From the NCBI GenBank assembly GCA_963754315.1, contig CAVWFS010000016.1:96001-160000 (forward strand): a stretch of DNA of 64,000 nt, written 5' to 3'. Origin of the DNA: an uncultured Candidatus Rokubacteria bacterium (GTDB taxonomy: Bacteria; Methylomirabilota; Methylomirabilia; Rokubacteriales; CSP1-6). The notes below the pieces were generated by a model. The model was not told the origin of the DNA, searched no databases, and worked only from the letters and a program-made list of their open reading frames with translations. The position numbers and the translations under genes were made by a program. Positions 31,041 through 40,661 of this stretch are shown in pieces. Each line of letters begins with the position of its first letter. The stretch's first letter is position 1.

Positions 31041-32045
31041 TCAGCTCAGGTAGGGAATGATGTCCCGTCCATACGTTTCCAATGTGGAGAAGTGGAACTC
31101 CGGCTCAACGATCCCGAGGTAGAGACACACGTGGGTGACGCCGGCCGCCGCCAGGCGCCCGATCTTGTCGCGCACCTGTTCGGCGGTCCCGATCAGGGTC
31201 AGGCGATCGGCCATGTCGTCGGTGACGGCCCTCGTGTGCGGGGCGTCGGGCTGGCCGTGCCGGAGATAGTCATAGCCTGCGACACCCTGCATGCCCTCCA
31301 CTAGCTCTGACGGCAACTCGGAAGGCTGATAGTGGCGCAGGAGATCCTTGACGTGGTTGGACACGGTTGCGGGGAAACCGCGCACGCGCGCGAGCGCTCG
31401 CTCGCGGTCGCCCGAGATATAGGTGGGAGCCGCGGCCACGACCTGGAAACCGTCTAGCCGTCGGCCGGCCGCGGCCGCCCCCCGGCGCGTGTGGCCGAGC
31501 GCCCACTCCACCACCTTGGGTGAGGCCAGTTGCAGAATCAGCCCGTCGGCCTCGCCTCCTGCCAGCTCGAGCACGCGCGGACCGTAAGCAGCCAGCAGCA
31601 CCGGCACCGATCGCGTGAGCCAGGCGAAACGGACGCGGGTGCCATTCACCACCGCCTCCTCGCCGCGGCACAGGGTGCGTGTCAGTCGGAGAGTGTCGCG
31701 AAACTCGGCGACTTTCATCGGAGCCAGCCCGAGAGTGCGCACGGCGCTGTCGCCTCGGCCGATACCCAGCACCGCACGTCCTTCGAAGAGCTCGGCAATG
31801 GTGGCGAGTGCGCTGGCCACGACGGTGGGATGACGCGTCACCGGGTTGGCGACCAGTGGGCCCACCCGCATGCGCGTCGTCGCGAGCGCGGCCGCGGTGA
31901 GATAGGGCCCCACCTCGTGCCAGATGAGGTGCGAATCGCCGAACCAGACGTGGTCGAAGCCCACGTCCTCGGCCACTTTCAGGCACGCCAGCATATGCGG
32001 TAGCGGAAAGTGGCCCGGCCGGAACATGAGGCCGAAGCTGACCAT
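31041..32045 (-). CDS. LLM-class probable F420-dependent oxidoreductase (TIGR03842-like)
   Basis: WFGDSHLIW, VANPVTRHP.V.AS and GIGRGDSAVR. Confidence 0.8.
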   Translation of the reverse strand: MVSFGLMFRPGHFPLPHMLACLKVAEDVGFDHVWFGDSHLIWHEVGPYLTAAALATTRMRVGPLVANPVTRHPTVVASALATIAELFEGRAVLGIGRGDSAVRTLGLAPMKVAEFRDTLRLTRTLCRGEEAVVNGTRVRFAWLTRSVPVLLAAYGPRVLELAGGEADGLILQLASPKVVEWALGHTRRGAAAAGRRLDGFQVVAAAPTYISGDRERALARVRGFPATVSNHVKDLLRHYQPSELPSELVEGMQGVAGYDYLRHGQPDAPHTRAVTDDMADRLTLIGTAEQVRDKIGRLAAAGVTHVCLYLGIVEPEFHFSTLETYGRDIIPYLS

Positions 32046-32048
32046 GCC

Positions 32049-33410
32049 CTATCCTCGGCGCAGGTAGCGTCCGCGCGGACGCTCGGCGACGATTTCCCCC
32101 TTTTCGTAGACGACCTGGCCGCCGGCGACGGTCGTCTCCGCCCAACCCCGTGCCGCCCAGCCCACGTACGGGCTGAAGTCGACGATCGAATTGAGCGTGC
32201 GGAGGTCGACCGTCACCTCGCGGTCGAGATCGACGATCACCAGGTCGGCGTCCGACCCGGGCTCGAGGGTCCCCTTTCGGGGATACAGCCCGAACAGACG
32301 GGCCGCGTTGGACGACGTCAACTCGACCACCTGCTCGATGGTGAGGCGGCCCCGGCGCACGCCCTCTGTGAGTAGCACGGGCAGGATCATCGCGCTGCCA
32401 CCGGTGATGCCGGCCCGGGCTGACCAGAGGTCGTCGCCCTTGACGGCACGCGTGAACGGGCAATGATCGGAGCCGAGGACGTCGACCGTGCCGTCGACGA
32501 GTCGCTCCCAGAGCGCCTCGATGTGCTCGGCACTCCGCAACGGGGGATTGACCTTGCCGGCCACGCCACGATCGGTGTCCTTGTCGAAGAGCAGGTAGTG
32601 CGGGCAGGTTTCGGTGGCCACCCGGCCGCGGCCCCACTGCTTCTGCCGAAGGAACTCAGAGCCGAGGCCCACGCCCATGTGGGGAATGAGCAGCTGGACG
32701 CCGGCGGCCTCGGCGAAGGCCACCATGCGACGAATCGCCTCCAGCTCAGCGAAGACGGGACGCGCGTCCGACCATGCCGCCGTGTCCTGCCGGTTGGCGG
32801 AGCGGAACGGCTTCTGATGCAGCTCGATCAGCTCCATGTTCTCGCAGTGGACGATGGCGATGCCCCCGGGGACCTTCGCCACCTGCTGGAAGACGGCGAA
32901 GATCTGGTCGTCGCCCATGCCCTGGATGCCGCTCGGCGAGATCTCGCGTCCCTTGTAGGCCATGAAGGTCTTGAAGGAGCCGACCCCGAACTCGTGAGCC
33001 ACTCGGGGGATCTCCTCGATCTGGGCTTCGCGGATGATGATGGCGTGAAAGACCATGTCCACCAGGCTTCGCGTGTCGACCGCCTTCTGCATCTCGGGCA
33101 GGGCCTCGGCGTAAGCGCCCCGGGTGATCACGAAGGGCAGCAAGGTCGTCACGCCACCCGCGACGGCGTGACGGCTCTCACTGGTGCAGTCCTCGGCAAA
33201 GGACTGGGCGGAGGTGCCGAGGTGCAGATGGGTGTCGAGGAGCCCAGGTAGGACGTAGCGGCCCCCCGCGTCGATGGTGCGCCGTGCCTCCACAGTTTCC
33301 CGGGGCCCTATCACCGCCGCGATGGTTCTCCCTTGGATGGCCAGCCCGCCCTCGACGAGGCCGCCAGGCTTGACTATGCGCGCTCCCTTGACGAACAGGT
33401 CGGCGGTCAC
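32049..33410 (-). CDS. Cyclic amidohydrolase (dihydropyrimidinase/hydantoinase/allantoinase family)
   Basis: DTHLH, SFKTFMAY (carbamylated Lys), VHCEN, ETCPHYL, NPPLR and GSDHCP. Confidence 0.9.
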   Translation of the reverse strand: MTADLFVKGARIVKPGGLVEGGLAIQGRTIAAVIGPRETVEARRTIDAGGRYVLPGLLDTHLHLGTSAQSFAEDCTSESRHAVAGGVTTLLPFVITRGAYAEALPEMQKAVDTRSLVDMVFHAIIIREAQIEEIPRVAHEFGVGSFKTFMAYKGREISPSGIQGMGDDQIFAVFQQVAKVPGGIAIVHCENMELIELHQKPFRSANRQDTAAWSDARPVFAELEAIRRMVAFAEAAGVQLLIPHMGVGLGSEFLRQKQWGRGRVATETCPHYLLFDKDTDRGVAGKVNPPLRSAEHIEALWERLVDGTVDVLGSDHCPFTRAVKGDDLWSARAGITGGSAMILPVLLTEGVRRGRLTIEQVVELTSSNAARLFGLYPRKGTLEPGSDADLVIVDLDREVTVDLRTLNSIVDFSPYVGWAARGWAETTVAGGQVVYEKGEIVAERPRGRYLRRG

Positions 33411-33412
33411 GG

Positions 33413-34276
33413 TCAGACCGTGCTCGTCAGGATCTCGCCATAGGCGTCCGGCCGTCGGAACTTGAAGAAACCCCAGAGCTCGCGAACGTCGTCGCATACC
33501 TTGGGGTCGATCTCGGCGTAGAGGATCTCGTCCTCCTTGTCCCCCGCCCGCGCCATCACCGCTCCTTTGGGATCGATGAGCAGCGCACTGCCGAAGTAGT
33601 GGCGGTCCGGAGGACCACCGACATCCCGGCCTACCTTGTTGACCCCGCCCACGTAGAACATGTTGGCGATGGCATGGCCGCGCAGCTCGATTTCCCACAC
33701 ATCACGGATCCATTCGCGATACGTCGCGGTGGGCACGAGCAGCAGGTGTGCTCCCTGCAGTCCGAGGATGCGCGCGGCTTCTGGAAAGTGGCGGTCGTAG
33801 CAGATGAGGATGGCGATCCGCACCCCGAACGGTGTGTCGAAGACGGGGAAGCCGAGGTTTCCCGGCGTGAAGAAGAAGCGCTCGTCGGCGGGAGTCTCGC
33901 CTGCCTTCACCGTGCGAAGTATTTGGGGCACAGACATCTTGCGGTAGCGGCCGAGCAGGCTACCGTCAGGGCCGAGCACGGTGGCCGTGTTGTAGAGGGT
34001 GCCATGGTCGTTCTCGTAGAGCGGGTAGACGATGACCGTGCCGGTCTCGCGAGCGACCTTGGCGAGGCGGTCGACGGCCGGCCCCGGGATCGGCTCGGCC
34101 TGCGCGAACCACTTCGGATCTCGGCCGAAGCAGAAATAGATGGTCGTGCAGAGCTCTGGAAAGCAGATGATCCGGGCGCCGTTACCTGCCGCCTGCCGAG
34201 CCAGGTTCTCGGCCTTCTGGATGTTGATGTCCTTTGACTCGTGACCGCTGAACTGGGCGAGGGCCACCCGCACCAT
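33413..34276 (-). CDS. Nitrilase-superfamily N-carbamoyl hydrolase (beta-ureidopropionase-like)
   Basis: E-K-C triad: FPEL, YRK, ICYDRHFPE; C-terminal RRPDAY. Confidence 0.88.
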   Translation of the reverse strand: MVRVALAQFSGHESKDINIQKAENLARQAAGNGARIICFPELCTTIYFCFGRDPKWFAQAEPIPGPAVDRLAKVARETGTVIVYPLYENDHGTLYNTATVLGPDGSLLGRYRKMSVPQILRTVKAGETPADERFFFTPGNLGFPVFDTPFGVRIAILICYDRHFPEAARILGLQGAHLLLVPTATYREWIRDVWEIELRGHAIANMFYVGGVNKVGRDVGGPPDRHYFGSALLIDPKGAVMARAGDKEDEILYAEIDPKVCDDVRELWGFFKFRRPDAYGEILTSTV

Positions 34277-34378
34277 TGAAGACCTCCTCTTCGAATGCCG
34301 CGATTTAAGCACCGCTGCCGAAGGTCCCGCAAGCCGCGCCGGGCGAGTCAGCGGGGGCGGTGGATGTCAAGAACCAAG

Positions 34379-35551
34379 CTAGGAATGCATACGGTCGTCG
34401 ACGGGGTGGCGAAGGGCGAACAACGAGGCTGCCTCGCGACTACCGGGAAGATCGGCCCGGCCGTTGAGCACCAGCTCGGCGAGAATGCGGCCGGTCAGCG
34501 GCGCGAACTTGAAGCCGTGTCCCGAGCACGCCGAGGCGAACACGACTCGGGAATCACCCGGCCACTGATCGATGACGAAATCTTCGGTCGAGGTCATGGT
34601 GTAGAGGCACGACTCGACGCCAAGTAGCTCCTGAACGGCTACGGTCAGGATCCGTTCGAGCACCAGCCGCAAGGCCTCGCCCTTGCTCGCATCAGGCGTG
34701 CTCATCGTATCCGGCTCGGAATGAGGCCCGTTCGTCACGTGATGGCCGGCTTTCAATGCATCGCGGCCGACCTCGGGGACGCCGTAGGTGATGCCGCTCT
34801 GGGCGTCGCCGAAGTAGATCCAGGCGGGCACGGAACGAGCACGCACGCCGAGGCGGAAGTACGCGACGGTCTGGGGCACGACCCGAACGTGAGGGCCAGC
34901 ACTAGGTACGAGCTCGCCGATCCAGGCGCCGGTCGTGATCACCACGCGCTCGGCGTGAAGAACGCCGCGTTCGGAGACGACACGGATCGGACTGGCGGTC
35001 CGATCGATGTCCGTGACGCGAGTCTCCTCCAACACATCTGCCCCCCGGCTTGCCACGAGCCGATGCAGAGCCCGGACTGTTTCGGCGGCCGCAATGATGC
35101 CACCCGTCCGGTCGTGGAGGATCTCGGTATCGTCGGTGATCCGCAGGGCAGGAAATCGCCGGCGCGCCTCCTCAGGGACGAGGGGCTCGACGTCGGCACC
35201 CGTAGCCCGAACGGCGGCCGCGTACGCGCCGAGCGTCGGTCTGTCGGGGCCAAAGAAAACGACATCACCCGGATGGACGAGCTTGGCACCGGTGGCCTGT
35301 TCAAGGCGCGGCCACTCCACGGTGTGGACGTGGCGCATCAGGGACGCATAGGCCGTGCTCGCGTACGTGCTCCGCGTCATCCGGCCACTTCCGTGAGAGC
35401 TTCCCCGGCCATGGCCGATGCGAAACCGCTCGACGATGGCCAGGGGACGACAGCCCAGCCTCAGCAAATGCCAGGCGGCGGCCAAGCCAACCACGCCGCC
35501 GCCTACCACCACCGCCCCGTATGTCCGGGCACGCCGGGCAGGGGAGACCAC
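34379..35551 (-). CDS. FAD-dependent sarcosine oxidase/N-methyltryptophan oxidase family protein
   Basis: GGGVVG, GSSHG..R, CLYT (covalent FAD Cys) and SGHGFKFAP; start approximate. Confidence 0.85.
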   Translation of the reverse strand: MVSPARRARTYGAVVVGGGVVGLAAAWHLLRLGCRPLAIVERFRIGHGRGSSHGSGRMTRSTYASTAYASLMRHVHTVEWPRLEQATGAKLVHPGDVVFFGPDRPTLGAYAAAVRATGADVEPLVPEEARRRFPALRITDDTEILHDRTGGIIAAAETVRALHRLVASRGADVLEETRVTDIDRTASPIRVVSERGVLHAERVVITTGAWIGELVPSAGPHVRVVPQTVAYFRLGVRARSVPAWIYFGDAQSGITYGVPEVGRDALKAGHHVTNGPHSEPDTMSTPDASKGEALRLVLERILTVAVQELLGVESCLYTMTSTEDFVIDQWPGDSRVVFASACSGHGFKFAPLTGRILAELVLNGRADLPGSREAASLFALRHPVDDRMHS

Positions 35552-35782
35552 CGGTCGAATAGAGGGTCCGACCGGGGAGCCTGACGCGCTCAGGATTTCT
35601 TGACGACCTTGTCGTAGACGGCCACCGCGGCGACCTGTCGACGCGTCCAGAGTCTCTCCATTGCGCCCTCCCCTCGTGTCGATCTGACACCTGACGGTCA
35701 AGTCAGCCGAGGCGACTATGGCGCGGCACCCGCAGTCTCGTCAAGGAGGGCTGCGGTCTTGAGCGTCGTTCTAGAATTGACC

Positions 35783-35941
35783 ATGTGTCAACGCATCCTT
35801 CTGCGTCGCCAGGGAGCGGTGTCGCTGGCCGTGGCGCTTCTGTTCGCGCTCGGTGGATGCGCTTCGATGGCTTCGGACTCGTCCGGGGCTCGCACACCGC
35901 CTCCACCGAACCTCGACCGCTCGGCATGCTGTCGCCCATGA
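35783..35941 (+). CDS. Small putative lipoprotein (52 aa)
   Basis: Hydrophobic stretch with LGGC lipobox; TAGAAT lies 5 nt before the ATG. Confidence 0.45.
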   Translation: MCQRILLRRQGAVSLAVALLFALGGCASMASDSSGARTPPPPNLDRSACCRP

Positions 35942-35995
35942 GGGAGCGCGCGCGGGCGGAGATCTGATATGGTCGGGGGCACGGAGGGCATCTGA

Positions 35996-36661
35996 ATGGA
36001 GCAGGTCAAGTTCTACTTCGACCCGGCATGTCCGTGGTGCTACCAGACGGCGAAATGGGCCTGGCGTCTCGAGCAGCTCGGCGAGATCAAGCTCGACTGG
36101 GGCGTGTTCTCCCTCGAAGTGGTGAATCTGGCGGCGGGCAAGGATCCTCGCGAGCTCGACGCGCGATCAGGACCGGCCCTGCGGACCTCGCTGATCATCC
36201 GTGACCGCGAAGGCCCGAGCGCCGTCGGGGCGTTCTACTCGACTCTTGGCAAGCGAATCTGGGAGCAGCCGCCGCCTCCGGACGATATGGTGCTGGCCGT
36301 CCGCGAGTCGCTGCAGGGCGCGGGACTGTCCCCCACGCTTGTCGACAAGGCGGTGGCCGATCCGGCTACGTGGGACGCCGTGCTTCAGGAACATCGGGCC
36401 CTCGTCGAGCAGACTCGCAGCTTCGGCGTGCCCACCATCATGCTAGACGGCGGTAAAGGGCCCGCCATCTTCGGCCCGGTGATCAGCGAGCTGCCGAGCG
36501 ACGAGGACGCCGTCGCGCTGTGGCGGCACACTGCCTGGCTGGTGCGGTATGGAAACTTCGCTGAGCTGAAGCGTAGTCGTCTCGGGCGCCCGGACCTGCC
36601 CACCATCAAGTGGAGACAGGAGCAGCAGGCGAGCCCTCCGCCAACCGCCGCCCGGTCCTGA
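35996..36661 (+). CDS. DsbA-like thioredoxin-fold protein (Rv2466c-like)
   Basis: FYFDPACPWC, FGVPTI, IFGPVI and FAELKR. Confidence 0.85.
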   Translation: MEQVKFYFDPACPWCYQTAKWAWRLEQLGEIKLDWGVFSLEVVNLAAGKDPRELDARSGPALRTSLIIRDREGPSAVGAFYSTLGKRIWEQPPPPDDMVLAVRESLQGAGLSPTLVDKAVADPATWDAVLQEHRALVEQTRSFGVPTIMLDGGKGPAIFGPVISELPSDEDAVALWRHTAWLVRYGNFAELKRSRLGRPDLPTIKWRQEQQASPPPTAARS

Positions 36662-36733
36662 TCGAGCGCAGTACTTCAGCGGTTTGCGCGGCTCGCTTCT
36701 CCGGAGCGGGCCGCGCGTTTCAGGAGGACAACC

Positions 36734-37198
36734 ATGGGTGTCAGCGGAATCCTGCACACCGGGCTCACCGTCAGCGATCTGGACCGCTCACTCACGTTTT
36801 ACCGTGATCTGCTCGGACTCGAGCTGATCGCCCAGTGGGACAGCAGCCAACCGTACCTGCGCACCATCGTCGCGTATCCGGATGCCGAGCTGCGCATCGC
36901 GCTACTGCGTCTGCCCGGGCCCGAGGGGGCTCCGGGCCACCACATTGAGTTGCTCGAGTATCGCCGACCGCGCGGAACCCGGACCGACGCCAACACCTAC
37001 AATCCGGGCAACGGCCATGTCGCGTTCGCAGTCGACGATCTCGACCGTACGTACGCCGAGCTCCGCGCCAAGGGCGTGCGCTTCAAGTCGGCGCCGGTGG
37101 ACATCACCCACGGGCGCAACGCCGGAGGCCGTGCGGTCTATCTCTTCGACCCCGACGACATCACGCTGGAGATGATTCAGTCGGCCCGCCGGGCTTGA
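36734..37198 (+). CDS. VOC/glyoxalase family protein
   Basis: HTGLTVSDLDRS, IELLEY, HVAFAVDD and DPD..LE. Confidence 0.9.
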   Translation: MGVSGILHTGLTVSDLDRSLTFYRDLLGLELIAQWDSSQPYLRTIVAYPDAELRIALLRLPGPEGAPGHHIELLEYRRPRGTRTDANTYNPGNGHVAFAVDDLDRTYAELRAKGVRFKSAPVDITHGRNAGGRAVYLFDPDDITLEMIQSARRA

Positions 37199-37204
37199 CG
37201 AGTC

Positions 37205-37312
37205 TGGAGCTCGCCGTGGCTGTCGGACAATCGAGGAGCGTCCCGGGTCACCCCGGGGCGCTCCGAGCGTGGGGGGCATGGGGGGTGAAGTTGGACCCCC
37301 CATATCACTAGG
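37205..37312. repeat. GC-rich double-hairpin intergenic element (REP/MITE-like)
   Basis: Hairpins GGAGCGTCCCGGG-TCAC-CCCGGGGCGCTCC (37235-37264) and ATGGGGGGT-N8-ACCCCCCAT (37278-37303), ending in CTAG, between convergent genes. Confidence 0.6.
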
Positions 37313-37314
37313 GG

Positions 37315-38082
37315 TCAGGCGCCCTGGAGGGCTTCGTGGACGGCCAGGGTGAGGGCGCCGAAGGCGGCAGTGGCGCGAGAGGGAACGGTACGCGGTCGCG
37401 CCAGGGACACGTCGAAGACGCGGGCAAGCCGCCCCGGGCGAGGAGTCATCACCACCACCCGGTCGGCGAGGAACACCGCCTCGGGGATCGAATGCGTGAC
37501 GAACACGATGGTCTTGCGATCGCGATTGCCCTCGCCCCACACGCGTAGCAACTCCAGGTTCATCTCGTCGCGGGTCATGGCGTCCAGCGCCCCGAACGGC
37601 TCGTCCATCAGCAACAGCGGCGGGTCGAGCAGGAGCGCGCGACAGAGGGAGGCACGTTGCTGCATGCCCCCCGACAGCTCGCGCGGGAGCTTTTGCGCGA
37701 ACTCGGCGAGGCCAACGAGCCGCAGCAACTCACCGGTACGGGCCCGGTACGCGCCCGGGTCGAGCCCGGACAGCTCGGCGGGCAGCAGCACGTTGGCCTC
37801 GATGCTCCGCCACTTGAGCAGCACCGGCGCCTGGAAGACCATTCCCACCGAGGGAATCGGCCGTGCTACCGGGCGACCGTCAACCTCCACGCGTCCGTGG
37901 GTGGCCAGGCGCAGGCCGGCGATGATGCGCAGGAGGGTGGACTTGCCACAGCCCGAGGGCCCCACGATGGCCACCAGCTCACCGCGGTCCACCGTGAGGT
38001 CGATGTCCCGCAGCGCCTCGACCGCGCCGGACGCCGTCGGGTACGTCATCCCGACGCGGTCGAGGCGGATGAACTCGGTCAC
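37315..38082 (-). CDS. NitT/TauT family ABC ATP-binding protein
   Basis: GPSGCGKST, LSGGMQQR, MDEPFGALD and VTHSIPEA. Confidence 0.95.
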   Translation of the reverse strand: MTEFIRLDRVGMTYPTASGAVEALRDIDLTVDRGELVAIVGPSGCGKSTLLRIIAGLRLATHGRVEVDGRPVARPIPSVGMVFQAPVLLKWRSIEANVLLPAELSGLDPGAYRARTGELLRLVGLAEFAQKLPRELSGGMQQRASLCRALLLDPPLLLMDEPFGALDAMTRDEMNLELLRVWGEGNRDRKTIVFVTHSIPEAVFLADRVVVMTPRPGRLARVFDVSLARPRTVPSRATAAFGALTLAVHEALQGA

Positions 38083-38090
38083 TCGGTGGG

Positions 38091-39107
38091 TCAGCGCATG
38101 GAGCGGGGCGGCTCCACCTTGGTCAAGAACTCGTTGGTGTAGACCGCCTTGCAGTCGACCTTGGTCGGCACGCCCATGTACGTGTTGACCAGGTCCACCG
38201 AGGTGCACATCTTCTGGTCTTCCATCCAGCCGATGCCGTTCTTCGCGTAGCGATCGGTCTTCATCAGCTCGAGGCCCATCATCATGTTGGGTTCGATGAT
38301 GGCGAGATCGATCTCGGGCACCCGCTTCTTGAAGATCTCGAGGGCCGACTTGGGGTCACTCATCACGTCACGCCAGCCCAAGTAGGAGGCCTCCAGGAAC
38401 GCCCGCAGCATGGGCGCGCGCTCCTTCATGGTCTTCTCGCTGGCGATGATCGACATGCTGTACATATCGAATCCGTGATCGGCCCAGGGCAGCATGATCG
38501 CGTTGCCCTTGCCCATCGCCTTCTCGTAGAAGGGCAGCCCGGTCGTGTAGTCGGCCACCGCGTCGACCCGCTTCTCGGCCAGGGCCGGTACCTTGGCCGC
38601 CGGCTCCACGTTTACCCACGTCACCTTGTTGGGGTCGATGCCGTGCAGGCGTGCGAAGGCGGGGAACATCTGGCGTTGTCCGTCCCCGGGCGGCGCCGCC
38701 ACGCTCTTGCCCTCGAGGTCCTTGGGCTTGGTGATGGGGGCCTCCTTACGGCTCCACACGTTGAGCGGGGACTTGTCGAAGACCATGCCGACCACCTTCA
38801 CCTTGGCTCCGCGGGCGACCGCCGCGATGACCACCGCGCTGTCGGCCAGACCGATGTCCGCGCGTCCGGTGTCCACCTTGGCGATGGAGTCGCCCGAGCC
38901 CTTGGAGTTCTGCATGTCCACGTCAAGGCCGCGCTGACGGTAGTAGCCCTTCTCGAGCGCCACCCAGTAGGCGGCATGGTCACCGACCGGGAACCAGTTC
39001 AGCGCAAAGACGACCTTCTGGGGTTGCTGGGCCGACGGGGTGTCGACGCCGAGCCCCACCACCAGGACCAGGCCAACGAGCACAAGCGCAATTCCGAACC
39101 GTCGCAT
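38091..39107 (-). CDS. NitT/TauT (NMT1/THI5-like) substrate-binding protein
   Basis: Signal peptide; LNW..GDHA..VALEKGYY..GLDV and PKDLEGK. Confidence 0.9.
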   Translation of the reverse strand: MRRFGIALVLVGLVLVVGLGVDTPSAQQPQKVVFALNWFPVGDHAAYWVALEKGYYRQRGLDVDMQNSKGSGDSIAKVDTGRADIGLADSAVVIAAVARGAKVKVVGMVFDKSPLNVWSRKEAPITKPKDLEGKSVAAPPGDGQRQMFPAFARLHGIDPNKVTWVNVEPAAKVPALAEKRVDAVADYTTGLPFYEKAMGKGNAIMLPWADHGFDMYSMSIIASEKTMKERAPMLRAFLEASYLGWRDVMSDPKSALEIFKKRVPEIDLAIIEPNMMMGLELMKTDRYAKNGIGWMEDQKMCTSVDLVNTYMGVPTKVDCKAVYTNEFLTKVEPPRSMR

Positions 39108-39158
39108 GACGTATTCTCCTTCCGAGCCGGGCTAGCCCGGCAAACGTTGCTCTCTTGA

Positions 39159-39925
39159 CTACTGGGCGGATTCCGCCCACGGCGCGATGCGCCGCGCCGC
39201 GAGCACGACCAGACCGTACACCGCGAGGCCGACCGCCGAGATCCAGACCAGCGCCGCGAAGGCGACCGGGGTGTTCATGCTGCCCTGGGTGGTGACGATC
39301 ACGTAGCCGAGGCCCTGCTGGGAGGCGACGAACTCACCCACGATGGCGCCCACCACCGCCGCCGTCGCGGTGACCTTCAGGGCGCTCAGGATGTAGGGAT
39401 AGGCGTTGGGAATCCGGATCTTGGCGAACACCTTCCACTTGGGAGCATTGAAGACCCGCCCCAGATCCAGCAGCTCCTCGTCAACCTGGGTCAGCCCACC
39501 GCGGTATTGATGACCACCGGGAAGAAGCCGATCAGGGCACCGATCAGAACGTTGGGCAGCACGCCATAGCCCATCCAGAGGAGGAAGAGCGGGGCCACCG
39601 CCACCTTCGGGAGTGTGTTGACGAACACCAGGAAGGGCAGCAGCGCTCGCGCGAGCAGCGCCGACCACGCCACCGCCACCCCCAGCGCCACCCCGGCGGC
39701 CCCGGCCACGGCGAAGGCCCCCACGATCTCCAGTGTCGTGATCCCGAGGTGCCGCATCCAGGGGATCTCGTCGCTCACCATGGCACGGGCTACCGTCAGG
39801 GGCGCGGGCAGCAGGTACTCGCGCAGGCCAAAGCTGGTCACGGCGAGCTGCCAGGCCGCCACCAGCGCCACGAAGAGCAGCACCGAGGGCAGGTATCGGG
39901 AGAGCGCGCGTCCCCTGCTGGTCAT
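39159..39925 (-). CDS. NitT/TauT ABC permease (frameshift near 39495)
   Basis: LPKVAVAPLF..FFPVVINTAVG continues in another frame as LTQVDEE..GAIVGEF..GLG. Confidence 0.88.
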
Positions 39926-40227
39926 CGGAGAGCAGCGCCATAGTACTCGACGCGACGCTCTTCGGGGTGGCCAATATCCCAGCCGGGTCGGCCCGAGTCG
40001 ACAGCCGGGGAGAGACTGGAGTGCGCTGACGTCGTCGTGACGACGCTGACCAGAGTGCGCATCGAACGAGTGCTCAGCTGACGCTGACAGACATCCGGAA
40101 GGCGCGCGAGATCGCTTCACCATGACCTGATGCAGACGACGCTCGCGCGCCGACATGCCACCGCGCGATTGCCACCGCTGCCGCGTGTCTCGTCGACACA
40201 AGGTCCACCGACACTGGTCGACGGACG

Positions 40228-40323
40228 GGAAATTATTTCCGGATCGTTGCCACTGCGGTCAGCGCCGCTCGTCAGTCCGAGGTCATCATCGCCAGCGGCC
40301 ATCTGTGAGTGGGAAATTATTTC
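40228..40323. promoter_or_regulatory. Two palindromic sites (GAAAT-T-ATTTC), possible enhancer-protein binding sites
   Basis: GGAAATTATTTCC at 40228-40240 and GAAATTATTTC at 40313-40323, 84 bp apart. Confidence 0.55.
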
Positions 40324-40458
40324 GCGTCCGCACGTTGTCGTTGTGTCGGCGGGCCTCTGACACGTCGTACTCGTGGCTGACACGCAAGAAATCGGCTCAA
40401 GGGCAGTAGAGCGGACGCATCGCTGATCCTTCGAGAACTTGTCGCGCCCTCGAAACCG

Positions 40459-40474
40459 TGGCACACCCGTTGAA
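40459..40474 (+). promoter_or_regulatory. Sigma54-like -24/-12 promoter
   Basis: TGGCAC-N5-TTGAA versus consensus TGGCAC-N5-TTGCW; one mismatch at -12. Confidence 0.45.
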
Positions 40475-40661
40475 CTCAACTTCACACTTGGTGATTGGCA
40501 ATCTGCGGCACGTCGTCCTCTCGCTCTTCGTCGCGCTGGCGCTGATGAGGAGACATGAGAGGACGCGCTCTGATATGAGAGCGCGAAGTTTTTTCCGTCC
40601 GCGCCAATCAGTCCCAGTTCCGCTGAGCGCAGGGCCCTTTCACTGCAGAAAGGAGTACCCC

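Noticed and set aside
35777..35791. FNR/CRP box
   Set aside because: The spacer is 5 nt rather than the 4 nt of TTGAT-N4-ATCAA; kept only as a generic dyad
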